A stretch of DNA of 64,000 nt from Oopsacas minuta. Taxonomy: Eukaryota > Animalia > Porifera. Location: NCBI GenBank assembly GCA_024704765.1, contig JAKMXF010000333.1:62001-126000 (forward strand). Reading direction: 5' to 3'. The translations under genes were made by a program, and so were the position numbers. This document shows, piece by piece, positions 22,696-34,858 of the stretch. The notes under the pieces are model-generated. The model was not told the origin of the DNA. It ran no database searches and saw nothing but the letters and a program-made list of their open reading frames with translations. The first letter of the stretch is position 1, and each line of letters opens with the position of its first letter.

Positions 22696-23070
22696 ATGAA
22701 CATATGTGTACTTTTTCTCATATTAAGATTTTGGGTCATTACAGCTCACGACATATGTGGCAATGAAGAAGTGACATGTTTTAGTCATAGCTATTATGAC
22801 GGTATAACTTCAAATTCGCATTACTGAGAAAGAATTAATTCAAGAGCAAATTTTTGACTGCGCTAAAGAGCTGTTTACGCATCTGAAGATTCAAATAAGG
22901 GCTAGTGGTGGAGGCGCAACGCTGAATCTTTCTCTCCCTGTTAACATAAATTATTTGAAAATTTCAAATCGCTACCAAACACCATGTTACATAGAAACCT
23001 CTTCGGTACGTGCAAATTTATATTTCAGCGATGAAGAAGTATCCCTTAATTGTACTTGTGAGTATCAGAT
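22696..23070 (+). pseudogene. LRR-EGF-TM paralogue D, truncated remnant with internal deletion
   Basis: MNICVLFLILRFWVITAHDICGNEEV..ELIQEQIFDC..GGGATLNLSLPVNINYLKISNRYQTPCYIETSS closely matches the N-terminus of A, then jumps from FSDEEV directly to LNCTCE. End coordinate approximate. Confidence 0.8.
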
Positions 23071-25050
23071 CACAGGGTGCATAGGATCTATATGTAAAGA
23101 CCATACTTGCTTAATTATTCATTGTTATTGTACAAGTACGCTAGTTCTTAATCGAAGAGGATGGTATTGTGATGGGAATTTGTCCCTTTGAAAATTGGTT
23201 TAGAAGGTCCAAAATTCCACGAAAACTTTGGTCCTAAGACCATTTTTTCATGGGAAATTGGCCCCTTGGACTAAGTCTTTGGGACCAATCTTCCAGCGAC
23301 GGTACATTATATAAGTCCGAAAATTCTGTATTTTATGCTTTTCATGGCTTATTCTGCTGACTAAACTGGAGCAATGACGTCAGTTGGATATGATTTAATT
23401 GTCACGAAATTTTGGTCAGGGAACCAACATTTTTCATGCTACTACTTTGGAATTTTGATCCCCCTGGTCACTTCCGGTACGCTGGGGTACCGACTAATAG
23501 TAATACAAATCGCTGATAAGGGCGATATCTTAAAGTTCCACCCCCCTACTATAAATGAAATTGGGAGTTTACTGTCCGCGCCAGGAGGAATTTGGCTAAG
23601 TAGGAATTCCTACTATATACTTAACTCAACCAATTTGTAATATTTTTAGTACAGCTCATATAGGGAAATGCCCTAATAGCATGGACGATCTACAACGTTG
23701 ATACGTCTCCCCGTAAGTCCTTCCTCCCTGCCATGCTAAATCTAGTAGTCCGATTTACATGAAAGTTGGTACATATATACATTTGGATCGTAAGTGTATT
23801 CCCAGAAGCTATTTCAGATCAGAAACACTGTCGGATTATAGAGGTCTTCCGAATTATACTGGTGTCGGTTTATGCAGTTATTCTCACGCCTCTCTGCATA
23901 TTATTCAAAATGATGCTTTAAATTTTGTTTGAATGGCTAGTTAGGGGTAATCTAATATGAGAATCCCAATTTACGCTTTTTCAAATCTATATCTATTCAT
24001 CATATTATTAAAATTTCACATCTTAGCCATACATTTTGATACGATCCTATGATAAATAATTTTCCTTTGGATAGTGTCAGATATGCCGTACGAGAGTATA
24101 GTCACCTCCGCTTAATCTGGACACCGGTTACACAGGGGTACATCATTTAAAACAGTGCTACCATGTATATATTTAAGTGATTCTATGTATGTGTTTGGAC
24201 CACTCTTCTCTATGTGAATATTTTAGTATATAAGTAGTAACAACTTTGATTCTACATTTTGCCAAAACCAGTATTTCCTAACTGTTATTAACTGTCAAAT
24301 GTAGTAAGAAAAACGATGGGAATATATGTAAATCCCACAATATTTAGATATAGGGCCCCTACCCGAAGGCAAGTCTCCCTACCTCTCAGAGGTTGGTCTG
24401 TGTCTTTGGAAGCGGTATCCAGTTGCAAGTAAGGATTTTGATCGAATTAGCTAATAAAAACTCATAAATTGTAGTATTGATGGATTTTATTCACTATTAC
24501 TGTAGTTCCGGATTTTGACTAGGATTGGTGTCAATATAAGTATATATCGCTTCAAACATACAGACAGACATCTGAGGGCTACGTAGTGAGAACACTGAGC
24601 AACATCCAGGAGCAAATTTACACCAATACAAAGTAAAATTCTCAACACAGGACCGAGGATCCCCATAACACTAGCGTCCCTGTACCACTAGCGATTTACG
24701 GCCTCCCGCCCACAAAACGCTAGCGATTTCGCCCCTACCCGTCTCTATATCGCTAGTGTTTTAGGGACTGGGATTCCTAAATCGCTGGATTCCCAAATCG
24801 CGCTTACACCGAGTTTACTTTCACAAATGTATGCCAATATAGGCGAGCCTTAGGCAGCTACGCCGCCTAATTAGGCTATATGACATGCTTCCTCGTGATG
24901 GTGATCTCTAGAATATTTTCGATCTTCAGTGTCCAAAAGCTTAAATGTCCATTTGATATTCCTCAGGGCAAACGTATCCGTTCCGTATATAGGGTAATAA
25001 GAGTATTCCCAATAATTTAATTTACAACATTTATGCCCTAGTGTTAATTT

Positions 25051-26208
25051 ATGTCAGATCCTCAAACAAGAAAATTCCTATCAGATCTGCAGAGGAAGAA
25101 TGACAATAATCAATGCTTTGAGTGTGGTACTCTAAGTCCTCAGTGGGTATCTGTTTCCTACGGCATATTCCTGTGTCTACAGTGCTCCGGACTCCATCGA
25201 GGCCTCGGGGTACATCTAAGTTTTGTACGATCTTCTTCCATGGATAGATTCAAAGAGAGAGAACTGAGAGCTATGAAGTTCGGAGGAAATCGCCAACTCA
25301 GTGACTTCTTCGCATTAAGTTCTGACATTACGTCATTAATGAGCTTAAAAGAGAAATATCTTAGCTTGTCAGCTGCTGTGTATAGAGACAAGATACAAAC
25401 TCTATTAAATGAAGAAGTGTGGAACGAAAAAGAGAGCAGAGAGAGAATTGGTTATATCTGGCAAGATAACCTTATTAAAAGTCAGGCGCCTGAAATTGCA
25501 GTAGAACCTATTCAGTACAAATACCAAGACGATATACACAATAATGAGAATTCAAATGCTAAGAATGAACATGAACATGAACATGAAACTTCTAAGTTTA
25601 TCGGGTTTGGTAATCCAAATTATGAACCTAAACCTGACCAGTTTTCTGAGTTTATGGATGGCACTATGTCTACTCTATCCCTGGGCTGGAGTAAATTCAG
25701 TGATACCGCTTCTACGTTAGGGTCTAAGGCTTCTGAGCAGACGAAGAACTTAGGAACTACTCTCAAAGAGAATATTGTGAAACCCACAACTGAAGGCATG
25801 TCTCATATGTCTAACATGAGTAAAGAGGAAATGTGGGGTAACTTCACGTCTTCTGCTACCAGTATGGCTAGTTCTATGAAAGACTATGGAAATAAGAGTT
25901 TGGTGAATGTTAAGAGCTATTGGCAGTCACTTACACAAGATGCAGACTTAGATAACAACGAGCATTTTAAGGATGGTAACCATATTTCTGATAGAGAGAT
26001 ACAGGTGGAAACACCTGTGACTAATCAGGTAACTCAAGATGAGGATAAGACAACTGATTTGCTTATTGACCTAGCTATTGAGGATGATTATACAAGTAAG
26101 ACTGAAGTAATGAATAATTCTAGTTCAAAAGAACGCATAGCTCGCAAGAAAAATAAACCTGTGGAATCAAGTGGATGGGATGACGACTGGAGTGACCATG
26201 TCTGGTAG
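25051..26208 (+). CDS. ARFGAP1: ADP-ribosylation factor GTPase-activating protein 1, single exon, 385 aa
   Basis: ArfGAP zinc finger [40 protein letters not shown]; ALPS-like region ([11 protein letters not shown]); C-terminal WDDDW. Confidence 0.93.
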   Translation: MSDPQTRKFLSDLQRKNDNNQCFECGTLSPQWVSVSYGIFLCLQCSGLHRGLGVHLSFVRSSSMDRFKERELRAMKFGGNRQLSDFFALSSDITSLMSLKEKYLSLSAAVYRDKIQTLLNEEVWNEKESRERIGYIWQDNLIKSQAPEIAVEPIQYKYQDDIHNNENSNAKNEHEHEHETSKFIGFGNPNYEPKPDQFSEFMDGTMSTLSLGWSKFSDTASTLGSKASEQTKNLGTTLKENIVKPTTEGMSHMSNMSKEEMWGNFTSSATSMASSMKDYGNKSLVNVKSYWQSLTQDADLDNNEHFKDGNHISDREIQVETPVTNQVTQDEDKTTDLLIDLAIEDDYTSKTEVMNNSSSKERIARKKNKPVESSGWDDDWSDHVW

Positions 26209-26432
26209 GTAGATTGCTGTATCATATTATTATTCTTGTAATTAATCTGCTACTCAATGTTCTGAAGTATTAACTAGAGGACCAATTCATATTTCTTTAT
26301 TGTTATTTACGACGTAATTGTGTTAGGAAAGTTACACAAACAAAATGCACTTGTGTTACTAATACTAAATGTTTTAGTGCATACTATTAATTGGATAACA
26401 AATGTTAACTTGTTACATAGCGGGTTATCAAA

Positions 26433-27587
26433 ATGCTATCTCGTGAATGTGTCCGATTCCTGCGAGCTCTCCCTCACAAATTCAAAGTCTGTCAAATGTC
26501 TACAGAATCTCTAACCAAGAGCCAGTACGGAGGCAGACACACCGTTACACTAATACCTGGGGATGGAGTAGGACCTGAACTAGCCGCTAGTGTTAAAGAG
26601 ATATTCAGAGCATCTAAGGTTCCTGTTGATTTCGAAGAGGTTATAGTGAGTGGAGTGGTATCCACCAAAGAGCACACACTGACTGAAGCATTATCTTCCA
26701 TTAATAGGAATGGAATAGCTCTGAAAGGAGTGCTACACACTCCACTGGATACTGGTGCTATTGAGAGATCTCTCAATGTACAAATGAGACTCAAGCTTGA
26801 TCTGTTCGCTAACATTGTTTATTGCAAGAGTATTGCAGGTGTCGATTGTGTTGCTCCTAACTTAGATCTAGTTATAATCCGTGAGAACACTGAGGGTGAG
26901 TATAGCGGATTGGAGCACGAGAGCATACCAGGAGTTGTGGAATACCTCAAGGTAATCACTCGTCAAAAGTCGCTGCGTATTGCTAAGTTTGCCTTTGACT
27001 TTGCTAATCGATACAACAGAAAGCTCGTGACTGCGATCCACAAGGCTAACATTATGAAGCTGACTGACGGGCTCTTCTTGAGATGCTGTGAAGAAGTCTC
27101 CAAATTATATCCTAACATTAAATTCAATCACGTTATAGTGGATAACTGCTGCATGCAGTTGGTGACTAATCCATATCAGTTCGATGTGATGGTGATGCCT
27201 AACCTCTATGGTAATATAGTCAGCAATATAGGAGCTGGTCTGATAGGAGGAGCAGGTATAGCACCTGGAGAGAACATCGGGAATAACGCGGTTATATATG
27301 AACCGGGCGCTAGACACACCTACAAAACAAAAGCCTTCCAGAACGTGGCTAACCCCACAGCAATGCTGCTCTCTTCTACTCACATGCTCAAGCACTTAGG
27401 CCTAGGCAGCTCAGCTAACCTGATAGAGACCGCTATATACCGGGTCTACAAGAACACTGATATACGGACCATGGATCTAGGAGGTGATTCTACTATGTCT
27501 GGGTTTGTGCAGGAACTAGGCAACCAGATAGAATTTCTCATGGAGAATCCTGCAGAAATCCGGGATAGAACAGATCCGTTTTATTGA
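26433..27587 (+). CDS. IDH3B: Mitochondrial NAD-dependent isocitrate dehydrogenase non-catalytic subunit (beta/gamma type), 384 aa
   Basis: Arg-rich presequence; YGGRHTVTLIPGDGVGPEL, LDLFAN, EGEYSGLEHES, RIAKFAFDFA, HKANIMKLTDGLFL, VMPNLYGNI, GARH..NPTAMLL. It mixes beta-like and gamma-like residues, so the subunit identity is uncertain. Confidence 0.85.
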   Translation: MLSRECVRFLRALPHKFKVCQMSTESLTKSQYGGRHTVTLIPGDGVGPELAASVKEIFRASKVPVDFEEVIVSGVVSTKEHTLTEALSSINRNGIALKGVLHTPLDTGAIERSLNVQMRLKLDLFANIVYCKSIAGVDCVAPNLDLVIIRENTEGEYSGLEHESIPGVVEYLKVITRQKSLRIAKFAFDFANRYNRKLVTAIHKANIMKLTDGLFLRCCEEVSKLYPNIKFNHVIVDNCCMQLVTNPYQFDVMVMPNLYGNIVSNIGAGLIGGAGIAPGENIGNNAVIYEPGARHTYKTKAFQNVANPTAMLLSSTHMLKHLGLGSSANLIETAIYRVYKNTDIRTMDLGGDSTMSGFVQELGNQIEFLMENPAEIRDRTDPFY

Positions 27588-27825
27588 TATCTCATTACGA
27601 TTATAATTACACAGACACAAACACATCAAAATACTAACCAATTTTCTAGAAGCTTCTGGTATTATTCAAACTATATAACATGCACCCTATTATTATGTGA
27701 TATACAATAAACTGGAAATACCTTATTTTAGGTATCTTAATTGTTGGATGAAATTCGTTTATGGAATATCTATATCTAGGATATATGTACTGAATGTCTC
27801 AATGATTGAATTTATTTAATTTGTG

Positions 27826-28562
27826 AATTCTATAGTTGTCGATAATATGAAACTGGTATAATTTCAACCGAATACATGTAAATTGATATGCGAGAATTCA
27901 CAAAAGCCACATTTGTGAAGATCAACAACTCGAAGTGACGTCATCTACTAGCGTAATTGGCAAATATGTATTAAAAATGTTCCATCTCTGAAACCATGTA
28001 GAACGTTGACTCGATAATCGTTACAATTATGGTCAATTCAGCATAGCCAATATATAGTATACACCCAACTTCCCATACCCTTATGATACATTTTGATATG
28101 ATATCTCTTACTAATATGACGTAATCATGATTATTCCCCATATATGGTCATTTTTGAGATTACGCAATAATCTTGAGAGATATCCTATCAAAATATATCA
28201 CAAGGGTATGGGAAGTTGGGTTATACTATATAGTGGATATTTGCAAAACATGTGACATCCATAGTCTGTGCGATAACTCAGAACGTGCTAACTATATCAT
28301 GAAAAACTGCTTACATTTTGTACAGAAACAGTCTTAGATCATTTGGTATTTCAACATTTTGAACATAGATTAATAATTAACGTTCTATACGGTTTCAAAG
28401 ATGGAGCAGTTTTCATATATATTTGCCAATTGCGCTAACAATTGACGTCTCACTTCGATCTGAAATTTTCACATTTGTGGATTTTGTGAATAATTACATA
28501 TCAATAATACATTTATTCGGGTTAAAATATACCAGTTTCTTATTATCGGCGATTATAGAATT
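27826..28562. repeat. Two nested inverted repeats (long-TIR MITE carrying an internal palindromic element)
   Basis: Outer arms about 27826-28008 and 28378-28562 (aattctat..gataat..gaaactggtata). Inner arms 28051-28108 and 28175-28232 (tatatagtat..cccaacttcccatacccttatgata..ttttgata). Confidence 0.8.
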
Positions 28563-29012
28563 TCCCATCAAAATATCCACTTCCTCTTATCATTGATCCA
28601 GGGAAAATTGACTCAGTGATCAGGCCTTATCTTTAGTAGGCTATGGAATTAGACTCAAAATATGTCGATAACTGATAATAATGCATTTTGAAAACTCCCA
28701 TTATTTGAGAGATCATCAAATTCCACTTACAATTCTATTATTTAAGAGTGAATCTGCTCATTCATCTTGGTAATCTACTTTCTGATTGAACTTGCACCCG
28801 CCTGTGATTTGATATATAATTAAAACTATCACAATATTAAATTCAAGAGTGAATCAGTCAATGGACTGATCTATCAGCTCACCACCACCAATGAAATACG
28901 ATAAATATCCTGAATGTTAATGTATCTCTGCCTTACTGTATCTGATGTATCTGATTACAATAATGCAAGAACAATAAATTGAGTAATTCTGTTATATGAA
29001 ACAATTTGAAAT

Positions 29013-32000
29013 ATGATTACTGCATTTATTCTCATCTGCTGTTTTGTGAGTTCTGCAGTTGCTCAAACCTGTAATGATCCACTACTACAATCTTATAGTC
29101 CTGTTCAATCGTTTGTAGACAGAATACTTGCGAATAGTTTGACCACTGTTATTGGACCTGACAGTCTGCCTCTGCTAGACAGGGACTCTTATTTCATCGG
29201 AGAGTCGCCTAACAACGTTACTACCATCATAGAACTGAATGCTCCCACTGCAGATCTCCATGGCAGCTTCTGGTTAACAGGAATAACTTTAATACAAAGA
29301 CCTATAGATTCAATTGCCAGTGCTTACAGCTGCGCTAGTGATCCGTCTGTTGATATACAGCTATTCTTGCTGCAGTATAGTAAGAACGGAATCTGGTATA
29401 ATTTAGAGTATGACAATGCTCCTCTAGGTCTGTACAGTTTCGAAGGAGTTACAGCTGCAGAGGAAGCTGAGATTAGAGTTGCTGTTGTACCAACTGTAGT
29501 AGACTCAGTTAAGGTATGTGTATTAATCTAATAACAATTACTCTGTCTAGTAATTTATATACAATACACCCTCGGAAATGTCAAAATAAATTGTTTGGAT
29601 TAGCGAAATGCATTGAAACAATTCTATAGGATCTAGGAGTAATTTTTAGTATAGCTCCTATAGGGAGATCCCGTAATGTTATGGACAATGTGCGAGCCCG
29701 TCCGCGCGAATTTCAGAGCTCGAAAGTAACTAATTCACAGATCTATCATATGATTAATCATATTTTCACACCTTTTGAAATATTAAAATTATGCTAGAGA
29801 TTTCATTTTAACTACTAGTTAGGGGTAATCCAGTATCTATATTTCAAATTTCACATTTTTCAAATGTATTTCTACATGATTTATCATATGATTAATCATA
29901 ACACAAACAAATAATCCTGAGTTGCACTCCTAGTCTTTCGGCTGTACATAAAGTTGTAGAAACGATGAAAGGCTGCCAACATGTGTAAATGCTATAATGT
30001 ATTTGACCGCAGTAGAATTGTATTCTATTAGTTATTTTTGAACATTTTATAACATTTCCAAAAGTTATCTAACGTTATTAACGGATTAGCTAGGGTCTAT
30101 TCTATCTACAAATGAGACTTTTAGTACAAATATTTTGACTCAATCAACGACAAATATTTCCATTTTTTTCTTATTTCTCCTTTTATAATATACTTTTCTC
30201 AGAGTTGATTTAAGAATAAATAAGAGCTAGAATTGTAAAATTTAGAGTATATATATACACGTATAATTGGCCCACCTTCCATTTTTATCATATCTAATGG
30301 AATCTTTGCAAATCTCGAGAAAAGAGACTAAATCCTGCATGCTGTTGTATTCAGTACACTAAAACTCGGATAAGACTTAGAAGATGGTTGCAATACATAT
30401 ATTGAGATATGAATGTTAACTCAGTCAACTCCCCGTTATATAGAACAAAGATATATTGAAAATCTCCGTTTATCTCGAAGTCTGAAATTGTACAAATATG
30501 GTCCCAAACTATTGAAGTAACAATTATTCATTGGTACACTCAGTTATTACGTACGACTTCTTTCAAACCAAAAATTTGGTTCCCATTCCCTATACTACAC
30601 TACATTCTATATTTGGATAAGAAGTATTTTCGGATTGTACGTAAATTTTTTTTTCGAAGTTGTACTTCTGACCCCGGTTATAAGAACATATTTTACTACT
30701 CTCAAGGGCGTCCTAAGCGATATCTATTGTATTATATTCACGACATACCAGCTATCTATAAGAACATTATTTACAGTTCCCAACGATGATCGTTTAACCG
30801 GTATCCATCGTATTTGGAAATTGAATTCAATTACTATGATAAACAGGTAGTTTATTTAAATGAGTAATACTTTAGATTTCAAAGTACTATCCAGGCATAT
30901 CCAGATTCTGTTTCCAATTCGAGCTGTACGGATGTGAGGCGACTACACAATTAACTCATCCAGATATCCTCCAGTACAATATGCTTCTCCCCAATGCTCG
31001 GTCAGGTCCCCTCAACCAATACGCATTCTCTGACCACAAGTATAATGGAGTCTGTTCTAAGGGGATATGTACAGGTGGAGTGGGATTACTGACTGATGGC
31101 TATATTGGTAAGAATATCTTTTGAGTATTGCTATATACTTATAATATAGTATTTATTGTATTATTTTAGAATCTTCAACATATACTGATTACTCCAGCTT
31201 CACTGGATGGGACGGTAGCAGTACTTACAGCATTACACTATACTTACATTCTATCTATACGATTAACGAGGTAATCTTGTATGGAAGTCAGTGGCTAGCT
31301 CTGCCTGTGGACTCTAAATCACCTGACTACGTTACCGTTAATGGACAGCGATTTAAGGTTAGGACCACACCAGCAGCTAATGAAGCTGACTTTAGTTACT
31401 TTGGCAATGGAGTCTACTACATATCTATCCCTGTCGTGACAACAGCAAGTCTATTAGATATTACATTTGAGGGTAGTTCATACTACAGTCTGTTATTAAG
31501 TGAGATTGAGCTGATTGCTGATTCTGGTAGTAGCATGGGAGGTAATGTACAACTTAGAGAACAGATATACTATTCTAATGGTAGTACTGTTGCTCTGGAG
31601 CCTAGTACTATTTATTCACCTGAGAATCAAACAGTTAATCAGTCATTGCTGAATCAAACGTTTCCTACTTTACCAATTCTATCTTTAACAACTAATGCAT
31701 TCACTAACGCACAAATTGAGAACTCTACTCTATTTCCTAAAGTTCAAAATATCGTTATTTCCCTATCTATAGCTACTCTATTGCTATTCATTGCTGTCGT
31801 ATTCCTTCTGATCCTATCAATCATACTGTGTTGTATGCTAATGCAACAGAAACATAAACCAAAAGGGAGAAGAGTTATTTCTGAGTTAGCAACTAATTCA
31901 GTAATGAACAACATACACTATAACTCAAATTCTACACAATCTCACTTTGCTACGAATCCGCAGTTAGAACAAGTAGCCTATGAGACTATTACTAGTTTTG

Positions 32001-32182
32001 AGGATCCTTATGTTCAAATGAAACCTCCTGACAGCACCAACACGAATCTTCCTGACTCCACTCGATATAGCGTTGTTATGAAAGATTACAATCATCTCAA
32101 GCCTCAGCTATCTCCTCCTACATCTGTAAAACCTGATAGCAATAATTTTCCAGTTCCTAGTCCACTCTACAAGATTAAGTAA
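29013..32182 (+). CDS. Discoidin-domain-receptor-like type I membrane protein without kinase; 3 exons (29013-29513, 30876-31107, 31170-32182), 581 aa
   Basis: Signal peptide; discoidin motifs TCNDPLL, FLLQYSKNGIW and FCFQFELYGC; DS-like motif KYNG..CTGGVGLLTDGYIG..FTGWD; TM IVISLSIATLLLFIAVVFLLILSIILCC; Tyr-rich tail. GT-AG introns of phase 0 (1362 bp) and phase 1 (62 bp) keep the frame. Confidence 0.8.
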
Positions 32183-32554
32183 TTGAATTGTAAGTATAAA
32201 TGGATTTGAATTTAAGCGAATATATCTCGAAAGTCCATGTCTTGTATCTAATGTGTGTATGTATATGTATATGTATATGTATGTGTGTATATTGCTATTT
32301 TATTGATCAACACAGTTAACACATAATTGTTATTATAAGCCTCAAATTACTTTTCGGTTGCTAAGTTCTTGCGCTTCAAAACCAGGCAAGTCACCACGCG
32401 AGGGCATAGGAGGCAAAAGCCCCCCCTGGAAAACTCGTGCCCTGGGGCATACACCCTTGGCTCAAATTGAAAACTATAAAATTTCGGCTCGCCTCGCTCG
32501 GATCTTGCCTCATATATTATGCAATCTCATATCACCGCGGAGATTCCCGTCAAT

Positions 32555-32745
32555 ATTCTTTGAGCTCCCACATCATTACTCCAAGGGCTAGAATAATCTA
32601 AACTTTCTGAACAAATTGCAAACCAAACGTTATTTCTTGAGATGGGTTTCGCTCCTGTACCTTACTGATTGTTTGCAGGACCATAGACCCTCATTGGAAC
32701 TTGATTTTCACCAGAATTCAAGGCCATGCGACGTCACTGCCCAGT
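32555..32745 (+). repeat. Dispersed repeat, homologous to ~54690-54860
   Basis: Both loci share catcattactccaaggg..aaacgttatttcttg..ccatagaccctcattggaacttg. Confidence 0.75.
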
Positions 32746-33766
32746 TGGATTGGATGGTTAAAAAGATCTTGCGACTTACACTATCTCATTCTAAAATCAA
32801 CCTTTTAAAATACTTAAAGTTACATTATAACTTTAGTCAAATTCGTAGAAAGATGTTAATTGGATTGAATTTATAAATACAAATAATATACTAAATAGAC
32901 TCAATGATCAACTTACTTATAATACAAAATATAGGTAAGTTTGTTCATAGACTAAGGTTGATATACTGTTTGGAAATTGAGTTTAACTTTCATCAATACA
33001 CAAGTCCATGCACTGATCACGAGCTGAGGAAATATAGACTGGTTTGAAGGGTCCAGCGGGTCCCCCAACCTGTCCAGGCTCTGTGCGATCACAGTCCGCA
33101 TGTGCGGCTATCCGGTTCGTGAATACCTATATTTATCTATTATCTCATTTACCCATTGGCTGAAGCCCCACTACTTTTCTGGGCAAATGCGAGTATTCTA
33201 CTCCTGTCTTCCTATAATCTCTATATATTTATATTGTTCCGGCCTGATAATACAAACTTCATCTGTTCCTACTTCCTATTCAACTATCTATTACTACCTA
33301 TATTATCCAGATTATACAAAATCCTAATTTTTCACGAGTCCAAACGAGCTTGGATAATCGAAGTTAATTATGTTTCTCTCACTATTCTGTCACCATAAAT
33401 TCTTCTAGTGATGTCTCCCAATTTAAATATTTTAATTTCGGTTCCCTTCTAGCTTTATTAATAGGATGATGACATTAATTTCACTTATCTCTGGTAAAGT
33501 AGGAGAAATTGCTCCTGGCGTTACAAAGTAAATGATTAAATTGAAAATCTATGTAGCCAATGAGCTATTAGGTTTATTAATATCTAATTTCTAAGAGAGC
33601 AAAATTTCAGATATTTTTCTGGTTATTTATCCCTTGTGATATTTTACCAGAAATTCTATATTGTTATTATGTAATTCATATTTGTAATCAATTAATTGAT
33701 TTTCTAAGTATAAATTTAGATAATCGACTTTAAGTTTCAGTATTCACTACTAAACGCCTAAGTATA

Positions 33767-34858
33767 ATGAACAAAAGCTTTCATCAGGGTACCAACATTA
33801 TTCTTTTCACTTTTACTATCTTCAATTTATTGGTATTAGTATTTTCGCTCATTTATATTATCAGATCATACCGTCACAACCTTAAAGAGATAAAGTTTTA
33901 CAAAAATAATCTTATTAATCCTTTTGTGCGTTTTAACACACTTTTTAACTACAGAACCAAGTTAGAAAAAGATCTCTTACTCGGTATTATAATTCTTTTC
34001 GAATTTATCGTGATCTCATCATTACTAGTTAACATTGGTATTATTTCAATCGCTCGTGAAATTCAATTGCCAAATGAACGTAATGAATTGTGTAATGAGA
34101 CAATAGTGGAATTTTATATTGATCTTTGGATTTTGGATATATTTCGTTATCCATGGTTATCCTTTTTCCCAATCATTTGTGTATTGTTCTTTCTGACTGT
34201 TATTACGTTGTCCACTTACCTAACCACTTATCTGAGTAGACGTTACCATGGTTGTTCCCTTGACAATCGAATCAAATGGAAATATATATTGTGGTGGTGT
34301 TTTCAAGCTGGGGTGTTGTTGTTGTTGTTGTGTCCCATACAGTATATACGAGCATGTTTAGGAGCCATAAGTTCGATTTTCTTGCTCATAAACTGGATCA
34401 TACTCTGTCGGGAGAGTGTAAAACTTTCTAGAATAATTAAGTATGTTGTTGATGGGATTAAGCGTTTCGAATATGATGACGTCAGATACAGAGAATCGAA
34501 TACAAGCTCTAATACTTATAGAATATTCGTTTTTCTCCACATTTTAAGCCTATGTAGTATCATGATCATAGTCTTTGTACTTTGCTTTGAGTATACAATC
34601 CAATATTTTCTTCTATTCAACTGTTTCGACCTCTCCAATTATTTTCAAATTACTAAAGAAGTTTCGAAAGTAATATCATCATATTCACATGTTTATTCAC
34701 CATATTTATTATATATTACTCTTTGGATATACGAATTATTGAACACACTTCCAGTTGTTTTCCTCGGCTGTATATTCCTTACAAGATATTGTCGGAAGCA
34801 GATGAATTTAGCCAAATATGACAGACAATTATCTCGCCCATTTATTCCCAAATCATAA
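33767..34858 (+). CDS. Orphan seven-transmembrane protein (GPCR-like topology), single exon, 363 aa
   Basis: Long ORF with seven hydrophobic segments, short N-terminus, Cys and an N-glycosylation site (LCNET) in loop 2-3, and a long basic loop between TM5 and TM6. No canonical DRY or NPxxY motif. Confidence 0.65.
   Translation: MNKSFHQGTNIILFTFTIFNLLVLVFSLIYIIRSYRHNLKEIKFYKNNLINPFVRFNTLFNYRTKLEKDLLLGIIILFEFIVISSLLVNIGIISIAREIQLPNERNELCNETIVEFYIDLWILDIFRYPWLSFFPIICVLFFLTVITLSTYLTTYLSRRYHGCSLDNRIKWKYILWWCFQAGVLLLLLCPIQYIRACLGAISSIFLLINWIILCRESVKLSRIIKYVVDGIKRFEYDDVRYRESNTSSNTYRIFVFLHILSLCSIMIIVFVLCFEYTIQYFLLFNCFDLSNYFQITKEVSKVISSYSHVYSPYLLYITLWIYELLNTLPVVFLGCIFLTRYCRKQMNLAKYDRQLSRPFIPKS

Noticed and set aside
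11016-27395. Antisense ORFs such as 11016-11327, 11159-11428, 11675-11887, 25158-25391, 26492-26815 and 27105-27395
   Set aside because: Shadow frames opposite well-supported genes, with no independent motifs.
32183-33760. Downstream tyrosine-kinase exons for the DDR-like gene (possible aa|gtaatt donor at the stop)
   Set aside because: No GxGxxG, HRDLAARN or DFG-like coding sequence was seen before the next gene; the region is repeats and UTR-like sequence.
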